From positions 27,776,001-27,840,000 of the forward strand of contig OZ024753.1 of assembly GCA_964016885.1 (NCBI GenBank): DNA of 64,000 nt, read 5' to 3'. The stretch's first letter is position 1; every line of letters begins with the position of its first letter. Below are positions 14,301-28,798 of this stretch, in pieces. A model generated the notes under the pieces. The model was not told the DNA's origin. It ran no database searches and was given only the letters and a program-made list of their open reading frames with translations. The position numbers and the translations under genes are program-made. Source of the DNA: Eledone cirrhosa. Taxonomy: Eukaryota.

Positions 14301-14869
14301 ATACACGTGTGAGTGAACATGTGTTGTTTGTATTGTTTTACATAGTGGTTCGACAAATAGAGAAGATAAGTACCAAACTTGAAAAAGAGAAATATTGGAG
14401 TCATGATCAACTAAATTGCTTCAAGGCAGTGTCCCAGCGTGACCGCAGTTTATGAGTGAAACCAGTAAAAGAATAACTAAGTATTTGTGTCGGGTGAATC
14501 GATTATAAGCTAAAATATCTAACCTTGTGCTTATGTGAGAAACCATTAAGGACGGTTGATAGCAGAGTCGGCAGAGCGCCAGAAAAAATGTCTGGCAGTT
14601 TTTAGTTACGTTTCTTATCCAGTTGATTTTGTCTATTATACTTCTAGTTTCTAGAAAATACGTGCCAGTTATATACTGTAAATTGATCGATTCGAAGATA
14701 AACTCTGTATGTTCGTGCATGACTGGTGCTTTATTTATCGATCCCAAAGGAATGAAAAGGAAGTTCAGAAATTGGCTACATGATTTGAACTCAGGACATT
14801 AAGGGGACATGATTAAATACATACAAAAAATGTTAGGTTCAAAGCTTCTAATTTCCATAACCTAATTGC

Positions 14870-15160
14870 CCTGCCAGAGTCGTTAGAACGTCAGATAGAG
14901 GTGCTTTGCGGTATTCGTTTCGGCTTTCTGTTCAAATCAGCCGAAGTCAACTTTGCCTTTCATCCATTCGAGGACGATAAAAAAAAGTACCAGTATAATA
15001 CTGAGGTCGATTCTTCCTCTATATCACTTTCTCACTTCAATTCTTTTCTCTCTTTATCCTCCATTGGAAGAAATCTGCTGTATTCAGACCGGGAGAGGAG
15101 ATGGGCTACACCAGGCTTTAAAATGTCCTAGAAACGCCGTATGTCAACTCAGGAGTTACG
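14870..15160 (+). mobile_element. SINE family B (family A head and core with a different tail)
   Basis: Same head/core as family A, tail ...ggagaggagatgggctacaccaggctttaaaatgtcc; relatives at 17935-18200, 37830-38040 and 46723-47010. Confidence 0.75.
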
Positions 15161-16012
15161 AGACCATACATACCTACATACATTCCCTGCGGTTCAATGT
15201 CATTGAGAATATAATTGTTGATTAAGTGTTAAGTGTTGCAGGGGAAGATACGTTCAATACCTGAGTCAGATAATCTGTATGTAACTAAGACTTAACTGCA
15301 ACCTAAACAAATCTACACCAATATGCAATCCGTAATAAACTTATATTCATACTCACCCCCTCACCAGACTCATACCGTACAAGACAATTAGAAATCAAAC
15401 ACATCCTCCATAAACAAACCACACATCCCTCACCAGAACCATACTGTACAAGAGAAAGAAAAAAATCAAACATGTCCACTATAAACAAACCCAGTCCCTC
15501 CCAGAAACACCACAACTAACCTGTTATTGATATGGATGTGACGGACCTCATCTGGTTCAAACATGCGGAACAAGCAAGCAGCATCACAAGCATGAAAATA
15601 ACTAACATGAGAAGAATCTAACCCCATCCCTAAACGTGGATCGAATAAAAGATTTGGTTCGGAATTCCTAAATCGCTATTATATAGGAGAGGCACTTGAA
15701 GAAGGCCGAAACATTGTGCTATAACAACTAAGATGAGAACATATAATCGGAATAAATCAGTGTTTAATAATGGTGTGATAATTCCTCGTTTCAAAAATAC
15801 AGACAAAAAACATACCAAGCAGAGCTAGTCTTCCACTCCGCCATCCTTGTTTGTGTGAATCATTTATAAAATATCTGATAGTGTAGAAGAGTAAATTAAA
15901 AATTCCCAATGGGTACAAATGTCTGATACAAAAGCCGTGTTCTCTAGAGACTTGACTATTTAACTATGAATAGAATGTCACGAGAACAAATCTCTCTCTC
16001 TCTCTCTCTCTA

Positions 16013-16079
<67 letters not shown>

Positions 16080-16117
16080 ATATATGTATATGTATGTATA
16101 TATATGTATATGTATGT

Positions 16118-16205
<88 letters not shown>

Positions 16206-16499
16206 TTTTTTTTTTTTTTTCTCCTTCCTTCAACGGTTAGATGAAGGTTTTAATGAACTGCCGTTTTTATATCGATCGATTTCCAAATAAGAACGACTTC
16301 AATATGATATACACAGTGATTAATTCTTTGCATGAACCAACTACAACACGAATAATAACAAACAGCACAACAGAATGAAGGAGGCTCTAAGCTGTTGCTT
16401 GCCCGGCTAGAAATAGCAGCACAATCTACCTAAAATTACATACGTCTGATTTAATGAAAGAATAGAAAAGTCCTCTTCATCATGACTGACCATCGATTT

Positions 16500-16793
16500 A
16501 CACTTTGAAAGTTCCCTTACAAGGAACAACCCAGCACAAGGTGTTTTTGTGGACGAGCAACAATCACTCATGCATGCAAGGCTGTCTTCTCCACGCCACT
16601 GATGTTACCCAATGAAAAGCAACGGCTAATACATCTTGACACCAGTGTTATCGTAACTGATTCTTTTCCCCAGCTGAGTGGACTGGAGCAACGAAAAATA
16701 AAATGTCTTCCTCAAGGACACAAAACGCCGCCGTTCGGGAATCAAACTCATAACCTTACGATCATAAGCCAAACTCACTAACCATTGAGTCAC
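16500..16793 (-). mobile_element. SINE family C
   Basis: Reverse complement has a tRNA-like A box/B box head followed by gtgtccttgaggaagacatttt. Confidence 0.65.
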
Positions 16794-17027
16794 AAGGGTG
16801 ACGAAAGGAGAAGAAGCAAGTATACAAAATGTGCTTTGGTGGAAGAAATATACTGTTCTGTGTTCATTCAGATCGGAGAAGCACATTGTGGGAAAAGAAA
16901 TAGATAAAATTTGTATATATAATATTTACTTCGACTTTTTGTCAGTTCACAGTAGTTTCACCCTAAGTTTTCACTGATTTTTCCAAGCAGGAAGTTATCG
17001 TCGAGAAAAGTTCCAACCATTTCTTTG

Positions 17028-17065
<38 letters not shown>

Positions 17066-17067
17066 AT

Positions 17068-17298
17068 TAAGGTGGTGTATTGGCAGTATTATTAGAGCGT
17101 CGGACAACATGCTTTGTGGCATAGTTACACCCCTTTACGATTTGAGTTCAAATCCCACCAAGGTTATCTTTGCCTTTCAGCCTTATGGGGTTGATAAAAT
17201 AAAGCACCAGTAATGCACTGGGGTCGATTTAGTCGACTTTTCCCTCCTCCAAAATTACTGGCCTTGTGCCTAAAGTAGAAATGGTAATAGTTATTATT
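17068..17298 (+). mobile_element. Full-length tRNA-derived SINE family A
   Basis: A box (tggcagtattattag), B box (gagttcaaatcc), core gcctttcagcc...gataaaataaagcaccag and (att)n tail. Confidence 0.85.
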
Positions 17299-19145
17299 AA
17301 CATTCTATTTTTGCTTGACAATACTCCAAGATTAGATCTGCTGAACTCCATTTAGCTATTTCTTATCAGGTGGCTGGCGTCTCAGAATTATTTCATTTCC
17401 AAACAATCCTATTTTTCTAATTCAATGTAAATATATTTGTGTATATTTACTTAATGGTTTCCTTCGCTAGCACACCGGCAGAAATCGACAAGACTACGTT
17501 TATACTTTATGACGTTCATATTTGTCGAAACAATAACAGAAATATTATTAGTCATCTACTAATATTGTTTCCTGGTATATTTATTTTTACTTTAGTGACT
17601 TTTTCTCAGCTCTCTGCCATAAAATATGCTCTGGGACATATAATTCATACCGTTGAGTAGGCTGAAGCTTAGAGACCGGCAGGGATGAGGGACTCGTTAA
17701 ATTTTTTTTTTTTTTTCTTTACAGTATTGAGGTGAAAGTACCAGAGGAGGCCCGAAATACCTAAAAGCAACGGCCCAACCACAACTTACCATACCCGCTA
17801 TATTGGAGATGACAGAATCTAAATATTATTTTATTTTCTTATTTAAAGTTCGCAATACGACACAAAGCTAAATTCAATTATGCCCTCTTAAGAATAAAGA
17901 TTTTCTTCGAAGTATAGTTTATAGAAAAACAACGAATTAGCCGGCACGTTAAAACACCGGTCACATTGCTTTGTGGTATTTTTACGGGCTCTCTGCGTTC
18001 TGAGTTCACATCCCACAGAGGTCAACTATGCCTTTCATTCGAGTTCTCTAAAAAATATGCCAATCCAGTACTTGGGTCGATTCTTCTTGTATATGTTCTT
18101 TTCACTTCCTCTCTATCACTCTCGAACTTTGAAGAAATCGGTTGAATTCAGACCTGGAGAGGAATGGTCTCCGCCAGGTTTAGAATGCCAAAGAGATTAT
18201 AGAAAGAAGTCTTGTAAAATTTGAGGTTACGATCGTTTTCAGAAAGGTAGAAGGTAAGTCAAAATGTAGCAAGGCTGGCATTTAGAATCACATGTCCAAC
18301 TCATTTTTGCCAGCTCAGTTCGAGAATCGAACTCACGACCTTACAATCGTGAGCTGAACACCCTAACCACTAAGGCACGTACCTTCACTTTACCTCGTAT
18401 TTACTTCAATATAATGCAGCCAGGATTACATTATTTAATCTGTCCTTCCTTTTGTAAAGCAGTTGTTGTGACTGTATCGTTGGTTCGTCATAAGTCAGTC
18501 GCCATTGCAAAAGGGACCTCCCCCATTCAGATTTTGAAAGCGGGACAATTTTAATAGAGAGTCTACACCATGATGATAGTGTCGGTGTGTTTCTTTTTAC
18601 ATAGATGACGCCAGTTGCAAACACTTTTCGTATCAAATAACAGATAAGTCTGGTAGTCCTATAAGGAACGGTGTTAAATGAACGCAACACATTTCGACAA
18701 AGTTTTTCTGGCATAGCATGCAACTCTCAAATATGAAGAGCTTAGTTGTCGCTTGTTTAAGACTGGAGCTATATTAATGTTTACATAAATACATATATTT
18801 ATGGGAAGCGGTATTCTTGTAGCAAAAACATCGCTTCAGCATAAATACGTAAACGACTCAAATTTCTTGGCATTCATATGTAAGACATTTCTTTAGTTAT
18901 AAATAAGATACCTTTATAATTAGATGGTTCGGGCAAAAGAGAAAAAAAAATAACAAGATAGAAAAGAAAACAAAAAAGCGGAACGATTGGGATATTCTCT
19001 TTTCCTGGATCATTTTTACTATTATTATTATTCCTGCAATTTTGGGGGAAGGGAGAAAGTCGATTAAATCGATCCAGTTTGTTACTGGTACTTTATTTTA
19101 TCGACCACGTAAGGATGAAAGGCAAAGCTCTGATGCACGTTTGCC

Positions 19146-19196
19146 CATCGCTGCCAATGACAGCATTTGGCTGTTTTAACAGCTGTTCTAGTGATG
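19146..19196 (+). ncRNA. Decayed hammerhead ribozyme motif
   Basis: catcgctg CCAATGA cagc atttg gctg tt TTAA cagctgt TC tagtgatg: all three stems retained, both core boxes mutated. Confidence 0.45.
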
Positions 19197-20005
19197 AGTT
19201 TTCTTATTTTTCTATGAATTCAAATATATTCTTGCTTCGTCTCAGTCAGAGACGACAATGTGTATATATATATTGAGTTCTTTGTGTGGGATGGTCTGAC
19301 AACACAACCAGGAACAACAGCTAGCACAAATACTATTTTTTTACACTCTACGTCGCTATTATATTTAAAATATATTTTGTGGTAGCTACAGCCCCCAATC
19401 GCCACGGCGACTGTGTGGTCTCCCGAAATATGTGTATATATAGAATGACAAAATTAAAATGCCTCAGTGGAACAAAGCTCCCACTGTCATTGTCACCGTC
19501 TTTCGCGGCTAACAGAATAGAGAAGGCGTTTCTCCGGAGGATGATGATGGAGACGCGCTAGAAGAACCATTCCGGCTCTGTGTCGATGGTGGTGAGTACA
19601 GAGGTGGCCCTAGGTCCAAGGACACCAGACGTGTAGCTGTGTAGTGAGATATAGTTGTATCTAACTCGTTTGTGGTGTGATAGACAATATCGGTTATAGC
19701 AACTTGGTGCTGAGAATGGCAATAAGTTATTGTAATTAGCTGTGTAAAAATGTTGGTTATATTATCAATGGATTCAACAGAAGTGTTAAATGGTTGGCTT
19801 GTCGTCAGGTTTGTAAGAGCATAAGCTGAATTACATATTTACGAGTATTATAATAGATTTTTTTTTTATCGTAGCCTAAGCTGGATCGATACGTATACAG
19901 TAAAACCAGAAGTTTGAAAGATCCGGATTTACTAGCCTGTCACCGTAAATTTTATTACATCCGTTGCCAAACTTTGGAGATTTAAAGTTGAAAGGAGTGA
20001 GAGGA

Positions 20006-20061
<56 letters not shown>

Positions 20062-20334
20062 GGAGAGAGAGAGAGTGTGTGTGTGAGAGAGACCACAATG
20101 TTTCTGAGCCTTTTTTTTGTCCCTACACAGGGCATCTGAAAAATTAATAGACGTGGGTGGGGACCGATTATCAATGACGTGGAGGTTCCACTGCGGGCTC
20201 GAGCAGATTCGGCTAAGAACCTCTATAAGCCTGGCAGTCGAATCTCTACCTCGTCAATGTACCCACACCGCATTCCATTATGCATCGAGTACTACCCTGT
20301 CTGTGGTCTTTCTGGTCATCGTACCGGGATATTC

Positions 20335-20419
<85 letters not shown>

Positions 20420-20458
20420 AATAAATACAAAAACCAAAATCTGAAGAGGTTTCGATAA

Positions 20459-20505
<47 letters not shown>

Positions 20506-20533
20506 TAGTAACACAACAGTTAGTTCACCATAC

Positions 20534-20571
20534 CGAGAACAATTGTTTCACCTTAGCGGATCTTCAGCTCG
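20534..20571 (-). ncRNA. Minimal type I hammerhead ribozyme
   Basis: Minus strand: cgag CTGAAGA tcc gctaa ggt GAAA caattg TT ctcg; stem I cgag/ctcg, palindromic stem III caattg. Confidence 0.75.
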
Positions 20572-21050
20572 TAAGTATGAACGAGGTGTCAAATTTTCAT
20601 TAAGTTTATTTAGGTGAATAAACTTACCTGAATAAAGTTAATGAAAATGTAACACTTCGTCCATACTTATTATTATTACACTCTGCTTAGTACAACCCCA
20701 AAGTATATACTGGAGACTACGTATCGAGGGCATCGAGTACATTGATGAACCAACAGTAACTTGACGTTACAGCCCTTAAGCTATATATATATATACTGCG
20801 ATATCCAAGGGATTGAATAATCGTTGAATAACGACCTTTCTGTACCCCATTTTGTACCTTTGAAATGTGCACAGGAGTATTACGTAATGGAATAAAACGG
20901 TGTTGAATATGTCATGGCGTCTCTTTTGCTTTCCTTTTCTGTATATATATATATACTGCATCTCTGTGTTTGTCTTATTTATTCTTGAACTATATATACA
21001 CATATATACATAGATATATATTGCATCTGTGCCTGTCTTGTTTATTCTTG

Positions 21051-21089
<39 letters not shown>

Positions 21090-21488
21090 AGAGAGAAAGA
21101 GAGAAATAGTATGTGTGTATTATAAAAATAGATGCGGTCTAATTTTTGTAATCTATATACTCACGGGTGCATCATCATATAAATGTATAAATGTGTCATC
21201 TAAATTTATGGTGGAGGGAGTTATCATATTCTATTCCAAGACAACACTGCTACATTATAATTTCCATTTCCATTTCTCTCGTTTTTCACATACGATATTG
21301 GCGATTATATAGAGACCTAGCATACACACATTAATAGCTATTTGGGTTATACAGGAATATCAAGTGAATGAGGAGAGCGTGCTTGCTAATGTGTGTGTGT
21401 GTGTGTGTGCGCGTACATGCGTGTAACAGCTTTCCTTTTAGACATGTGTTTTTGAAGACACGACTATGTTCTATTTTTAGCTGTGTGC

Positions 21489-21527
<39 letters not shown>

Positions 21528-21707
21528 CTCACACACACACAGACATATATATGTGATTGCCTCAAACAATTCGATTAGTAGATGCTATATTGCAGCTACA
21601 ACTTCGATTGAAATCCAATATTATCTATCTATCTATCTATCTATCTATAAGCACAAATATAAACATATATAATAAATACAATTAACTATTGGTAGAAACC
21701 TCACAAA

Positions 21708-22162
21708 TATAATTGTTTCTACTTTAGGCACAAGGCCAGCAATTATCCAGTGCATTACTGGTACTTTATTTTATCGACCCCGTAAGGATGAAAGGCAAAG
21801 TCAACCTCGGCGGGATTTGAACTCAGATCGTAAAGGGACGTAACAATGCTGGAAAGCATGGCGTCCGACCCTCTACCGATACTGCCAATCCACCACCGCC
21901 AGAAAGCTCACAAATATAATTGTTTCTACTTTAGGTACAAGGCCAGCAATTACCCAATGCATTACTGTCACAAATATAATTGTTTCTACTTTTGGCACAA
22001 GGCCAGCAATTACCCAGTGCATTACTGGTACTTTATTCTATCGACCCCGTAAGGATGAAAGGCAAAGTCAACCTCGGCGGGATTTGAACTCAGATCGTAA
22101 AGGGACGTAACTATGCTGGAAAGCATGGCGTCCGACCCTCTACCGATACTGCCAATCCACCG
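21708..22162 (-). mobile_element. Tandem SINE family A copies with duplicated tail segment
   Basis: Two near-identical copies (about 21710-21900 and 21980-22162) plus a 3' fragment. Confidence 0.85.
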
Positions 22163-22294
22163 GTATATAATGCACCAAAATATGCGATCAGCGTGAGAGA
22201 AAGAAAAAAAAAGGGGGGGGGGGTAAAAACAAAAACAACCATCAATTCATCAAGTGTGACAATCGGCCACACACCACAAGGGTCATCGGAAATG

Positions 22295-22700
22295 TTTGTG
22301 GCAAGCCAATACGCTCGCAGCATTACTGCAGGTGATGGCGAGGCTAAGGCGCTGAAGCAACCAAGCACCCTCACGGGCATCACCTGATCCCTTTCTAAGG
22401 CGAGCCGCCAACCATGACATGAACTTCGCTGTCAGCGGCTCAACTCCACCAAACGTCTCGAACGTCAGGGGCTGGGAAAAAATAATTGTTTGATAGTTCT
22501 TGGAATTTGTTCGGCAACATTTATCGCGGCTTCTATGATGTGGGAGGGAGCAAAAGAGTCACTGACTGTGTCATCCCAGATGAGACACCAGCCTCTTACC
22601 CAGGGACAATGTTTAAGGTTGTTTGGTCTCTTCCATTCGCTTCTGGACAATCTAGCTATTTACCTGAACTGAGACCCACTTACGAGTAATGATCAGGTTT
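22295..22700 (-). pseudogene. CRE-clade non-LTR retrotransposon 3' fragment (restriction-like endonuclease)
   Basis: RSEWKRPNNLKHCPWVRGWCLIWDDTVSDSFAPSH, then a frameshift, then QPLTFETFGGVEP...LLQRLSLAITCSNAASVLA, matching the KRPDG...WD...ETLG...QRLSIAIQRGNAA pattern. Confidence 0.8.
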
Positions 22701-22902
22701 AGGTCGGTGAGGCAGAATAATCTACTATTATTTTTGTTAAGGAAAAGCTTGGTTTTCATTTTGTATTATATATATATATATAGTAATAATAATAAATTTG
22801 AAGACTAAAATCCAAAGAGGGCTCGATAGGGATAAATATATATCAAATATATAAGAACCGTAGAGCAAATATTTATTGAAATAACAGATTCAAGTTTAAG
22901 CA

Positions 22903-22942
22903 AAGAATCGCTGCTTTCACCCTTAACGGGTTCTTCTGAAAC
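22903..22942 (-). ncRNA. Degenerate hammerhead motif (same family as 20534)
   Basis: Minus strand: CAGAAGA accc gttaa gggt GAAA gcagcga; stem II intact, U4 and stem I altered. Confidence 0.5.
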
Positions 22943-23748
<806 letters not shown>

Positions 23749-23898
23749 AGTAATAATAATAAATTTGAAGACTAAAATCCAAAGAGGGCTCTATAAGGAT
23801 AAATATATATCAAATATAAAAGAACCGTAGAGGAAATATTTATTAAAATAACAGATTAAACTTTAATCTGTTATTTTAATAAATATATATATATTTAT

Positions 23899-24817
23899 AT
23901 ACAAATGAATATATGATAGGGATAAACACTGATACAAGTATACATGTGTTTGCATTGCAAATGACCAAGTTAGCTAGATTGAAAAATACTAATTAAAATA
24001 ACACGGTTTGCCTGTCTCGATTTAAAATAAATTAATAAAAACAAACCTATATTGGCAATAGTCGTGATACCTGGACAAATTTAAATTTTAAATTTAAGAT
24101 CGAGACAATTTTAAATCGAGACAGGCAAACCGTATTATTTTAATTAGTATTTTTCAATCTAGTTAACTTGGTCATTTGCAATGCAATCACATGTATACTT
24201 GTATCAGTGTTTATCCCTATCATATATTCATTTGTATTACACGGCTCAGAAATATCCCTTTCTTTGAGCTATTTAATTGTAAAAGACTATTTGAGTTTAT
24301 AACTCTATATATAATATTCTCGGCTCCATGCGTTGAGCTAATTTTTAGTCCCATAAAACCGGCTGCTATTTTTAGCGGCACGAGTATAGGACGTGCTAGA
24401 CGCTGGGACACATGTGCGTTCAACAACACATTTCTCTCAGTCTTCTTAAGTATTTTGAAGTGAAACTTACCAATTTCTGGATACCTGCAGAAGAGCACAG
24501 GAATAGGAAATTTCACTTAATTGTTGCGAAACAAATTTAAAATTTAAAATTTAAATTTGTCGAGGTATCACGGCTATTGCCAATAGAGGTTTGTTTTTAT
24601 TGATTTATTATTTTAAATCGAGACAGGCAAACCGTATTATTTTAATTAGTATTTTAAATCTAGCTAACTTGGTCATTTGCAATGTAAACACATGTATACT
24701 TGTATTAGTGTTTATCCCTATCATATATTCATTTGCATTACACGGCTCAGAAATATCCCTTTCTTTGAGCTATTTAATTGTAAAAGATTATTTGAGTTTA
24801 TAACTCTATATATAATA
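23899..24817 (+). mobile_element. Penelope-like pseudo-LTR module: inverted copy, partial direct repeat and HHR-like motif
   Basis: 23899-24095 is the inverse of about 24540-24735; 24108-24317 is a direct copy of 24610-24817; CAGAAGA gcacag...ttgttgc GAAA at 24488-24531. Confidence 0.75.
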
Positions 24818-24821
24818 TATT

Positions 24822-24874
<53 letters not shown>

Positions 24875-24888
24875 TTATATATATATAC

Positions 24889-25010
<122 letters not shown>

Positions 25011-25011
25011 G

Positions 25012-25069
<58 letters not shown>

Positions 25070-25226
25070 GAGAGAGAGATTTTGAGTTTATGTTGGTTGT
25101 ATACCAACACCTCAGTATGCAGGCTGGAGCACTCGACGAAGTGCGCAGGTTGGTTTGGTTACTCCGGAGTAATGTAAAATAAAGTTAAATAAAAAGTCAA
25201 ATGTTTAAAATTTAGCTTCGTTTATT

Positions 25227-25281
25227 ACTGCTATATATATTTCAGTGACAGCCATCTTTGGCTGTGACCTCTTCAGGCAGT
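25227..25281 (-). ncRNA. Type I hammerhead ribozyme (left arm copy)
   Basis: Exact inverse of 25752-25806. Confidence 0.85.
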
Positions 25282-25751
25282 TTGAATTAGTATGGTATAG
25301 ACAAGTACATATATTGTTGAGGTTTATAATATTGTCAATACTCTGATATGCCCAGTTCCTGGTTGGGTTGTTATTTCACTGAGGAACTGGAATCATATGA
25401 ATTTAAACAAACGAATTTCAGTGTCAAGGTGTTAAAGGAACAAAATAACAAAAAAAGGGTAAGTTTGACCCTTTTTTGTTATTTTGTTCCTTTAATACCT
25501 TGTCCCTTCTACCATTTTATCAATTTTTTAAGCTAACTCCAACAATAACAACACTTAGAATTAGGAATGTTCTAATAACTGACCAATGAGAGGAGAAGAG
25601 GCCCTTTGACACTGAAATTCGTTTGTTTGAATTCATATGATTCCAGTTCCTCAGTGAAATAACAACTCAACAAGGAACTGGGCATATCAGAGTATTGACA
25701 ATATTATAAACCTCAACAACATATGTACTGGTCTATACCATACTAATTCAA

Positions 25752-25806
25752 ACTGCCTGAAGAGGTCACAGCCAAAGATGGCTGTCACTGAAATATATAT
25801 AGCAGT
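25752..25806 (+). ncRNA. Type I hammerhead ribozyme
   Basis: actgc CTGAAGA ggtcacagcc aaagat ggctgtcact GAAA tatata TA gcagt; predicted cleavage after A25801; aataaa follows immediately. Confidence 0.85.
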
Positions 25807-25851
25807 AATAAACGAAGCTAAATTTTAAACATTTGACTTTTTATTTAACTT

Positions 25852-25856
<5 letters not shown>

Positions 25857-25921
<65 letters not shown>

Positions 25922-25942
25922 ATATATATATATGTATATATG

Positions 25943-25979
<37 letters not shown>

Positions 25980-26022
25980 GTATATATGTAAATATATATA
26001 TGTATATATTTATATATATATG

Positions 26023-26053
<31 letters not shown>

Positions 26054-26294
26054 GTATATATGTATATGTATATATATGTATATATATATATATATACATG
26101 TATATATATATACATATATATATATGTATATATATATATGTATATATGTATATATATATATGTATATATATATGTATATGTATATATGTAAATATATATA
26201 TGTATATATTTATATATATATGTATATATATATATATATGTATATATATATGTATATATATATATGTATATATATATATATGTATATATGTATA

Positions 26295-26343
<49 letters not shown>

Positions 26344-26468
26344 GTATATATGTTTATGTATATATATATATGTATATATATATGTATATATATGTATATA
26401 TGTGTATATATATATGTATATATATGTATATATATGTATATATGTGTATATATATATGTATATGTATG

Positions 26469-26501
<33 letters not shown>

Positions 26502-26510
26502 GTATATATG

Positions 26511-26605
<95 letters not shown>

Positions 26606-26652
26606 GTATATATATATGTATATATTTATATATATATATGTATATATATATG

Positions 26653-26699
<47 letters not shown>

Positions 26700-26706
26700 G
26701 TATATG

Positions 26707-26753
<47 letters not shown>

Positions 26754-26766
26754 ATATATGTATATA

Positions 26767-26851
<85 letters not shown>

Positions 26852-26852
26852 G
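25857..26852. repeat. (TA)n/(TATG)n array
   Basis: Direct reading. Confidence 0.95.
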
Positions 26853-26860
26853 AATGTATA

Positions 26861-27119
26861 TATAGTGTATTTTGCAATACACTGTATGCTTAATTAAAAG
26901 CATTTCGAAGACCTTATGGCTTTGATAAGACCTTAAAAGCATTTCGAAGACCTTGGCTTTGATAAGCATCAATAAATGCGATACAGGGCCTTGTCAGCTT
27001 TATCTCCCCCTGTTTGCTGAAAATTAAAGTAACTGAGTCTGTCACTACTCTAAAACAATAGCATAAGGTCTTCGAAATGCTTTTAATTAAGCATAAAGTG
27101 TATTGCAAAATACACTATA
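26861..27119. mobile_element. 259-bp element with 58-bp terminal inverted repeats, embedded in (TA)n
   Basis: 26861-26918 versus 27062-27119, one mismatch. Confidence 0.8.
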
Positions 27120-27171
27120 TATATACATATATATATATATAGCTATTTCAGAGCACCAATTCTAATTCTAA

Positions 27172-27411
27172 TATGGGCTATAGCCGTTAAAGTGACCCGT
27201 ACGTGACCTGGCCACTAGAGCAAGCGGGAATATTATAGACTTGTTGATGGCTTGGCTGCTAAAAAAATAGCAGTAAGCAACAACAAATTTTTTCTCTACA
27301 TAGATTGGAGAATATATAAAAAAGCAGCCAAGCCATCAACAAGTCTATAATATTCCCGCTTGCTCTAGTGGCCAGGTCACGTACGGGTCACTTTAACGGC
27401 TATAGCCCATA
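27172..27411. repeat. Perfect 89-bp inverted repeat with 62-bp spacer
   Basis: 27172-27260 is the exact reverse complement of 27323-27411. Confidence 0.95.
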
Positions 27412-27473
27412 CGTGCTGGTAGTTAGCATTATATTTGCTGACCGTGGGACAAATGTCCTATAGAATGGAAATA

Positions 27474-27552
27474 GCTATCTGAAGAAATCTACTTTCCGTT
27501 GGAAATTCTCCGAATTTCCAATCTTTTGTGGATGGAAACCGCCGGTAATAGC
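27474..27552 (+). ncRNA. Type I hammerhead ribozyme with extended stem II
   Basis: gctat CTGAAGA a atctac..ttggaaattc tcc gaatttccaa..gtggat g GAAA ccgccgg TA atagc; stem I gctat/atagc; GUA cleavage triplet ending at 27547. Confidence 0.8.
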
Positions 27553-27737
27553 ATTATGAACAGGTAGATATTTGAATTATTTTTTAATTTATTTAAAGGA
27601 TTGTTTAATGTTTGTTTGTTCTGCTCATCAATTTTTATAGTTCTGGTATCTCGAATTAGTACCATAGAACAACAATTATATTGTAGACACCCTATATATC
27701 TCAGTGTGTACTTAGTGCTCAATGAGATATTTATTTC

Positions 27738-28415
<678 letters not shown>

Positions 28416-28416
<1 letters not shown>

Positions 28417-28534
28417 AAGGCGTGTAGCTGAGTGGTTAGAGAATTGGATTCGCAAGCGTAAGGTTGTGATTTCGAATCCTGGACCAGGCGGTGCGTTATG
28501 TCCTTGAGCAAGACACTTTATTTCACGTTGCTCC
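28416..28534 (+). mobile_element. SINE family C head
   Basis: ggcgtgtagctgagtggttagag...ttcgaatcc (A/B boxes), then tgtccttgagcaagacacttt. Confidence 0.85.
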
Positions 28535-28652
28535 TTCTACCTGGAGTTGCGACCGATAGATAGTATTAGCAATTGGAAAGACCAACGTAAACATTGTTCC
28601 CTCGGTCCGATTTGACGAAAGTCGATCGTCTTTCTTTCTATATATATATATG

Positions 28653-28705
<53 letters not shown>

Positions 28706-28748
28706 ATATATTTATATATATATATATTGTTATACTTTGGGAGAAACG

Positions 28749-28798
<50 letters not shown>

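Larger units (their letters stand above)
25175..25859. mobile_element. Foldback element with about 255-bp inverted arms, each carrying a hammerhead
   Basis: 25175-25430 is the near-perfect inverse of 25604-25859; nested about 36-bp inverted repeat 25425-25460/25468-25502; bracketed by (TA)n. Confidence 0.9.

Noticed and set aside
18406-18723. Possible Tc1/mariner transposase C-terminal fragment (AMPEKLCRNVLRSF)
   Set aside because: Only a short resemblance; no catalytic motif or TIR found.
28416-28492. tRNA gene
   Set aside because: A/B boxes are present, but the sequence continues into a SINE body and has multiple diverged copies; I could not build a cloverleaf.
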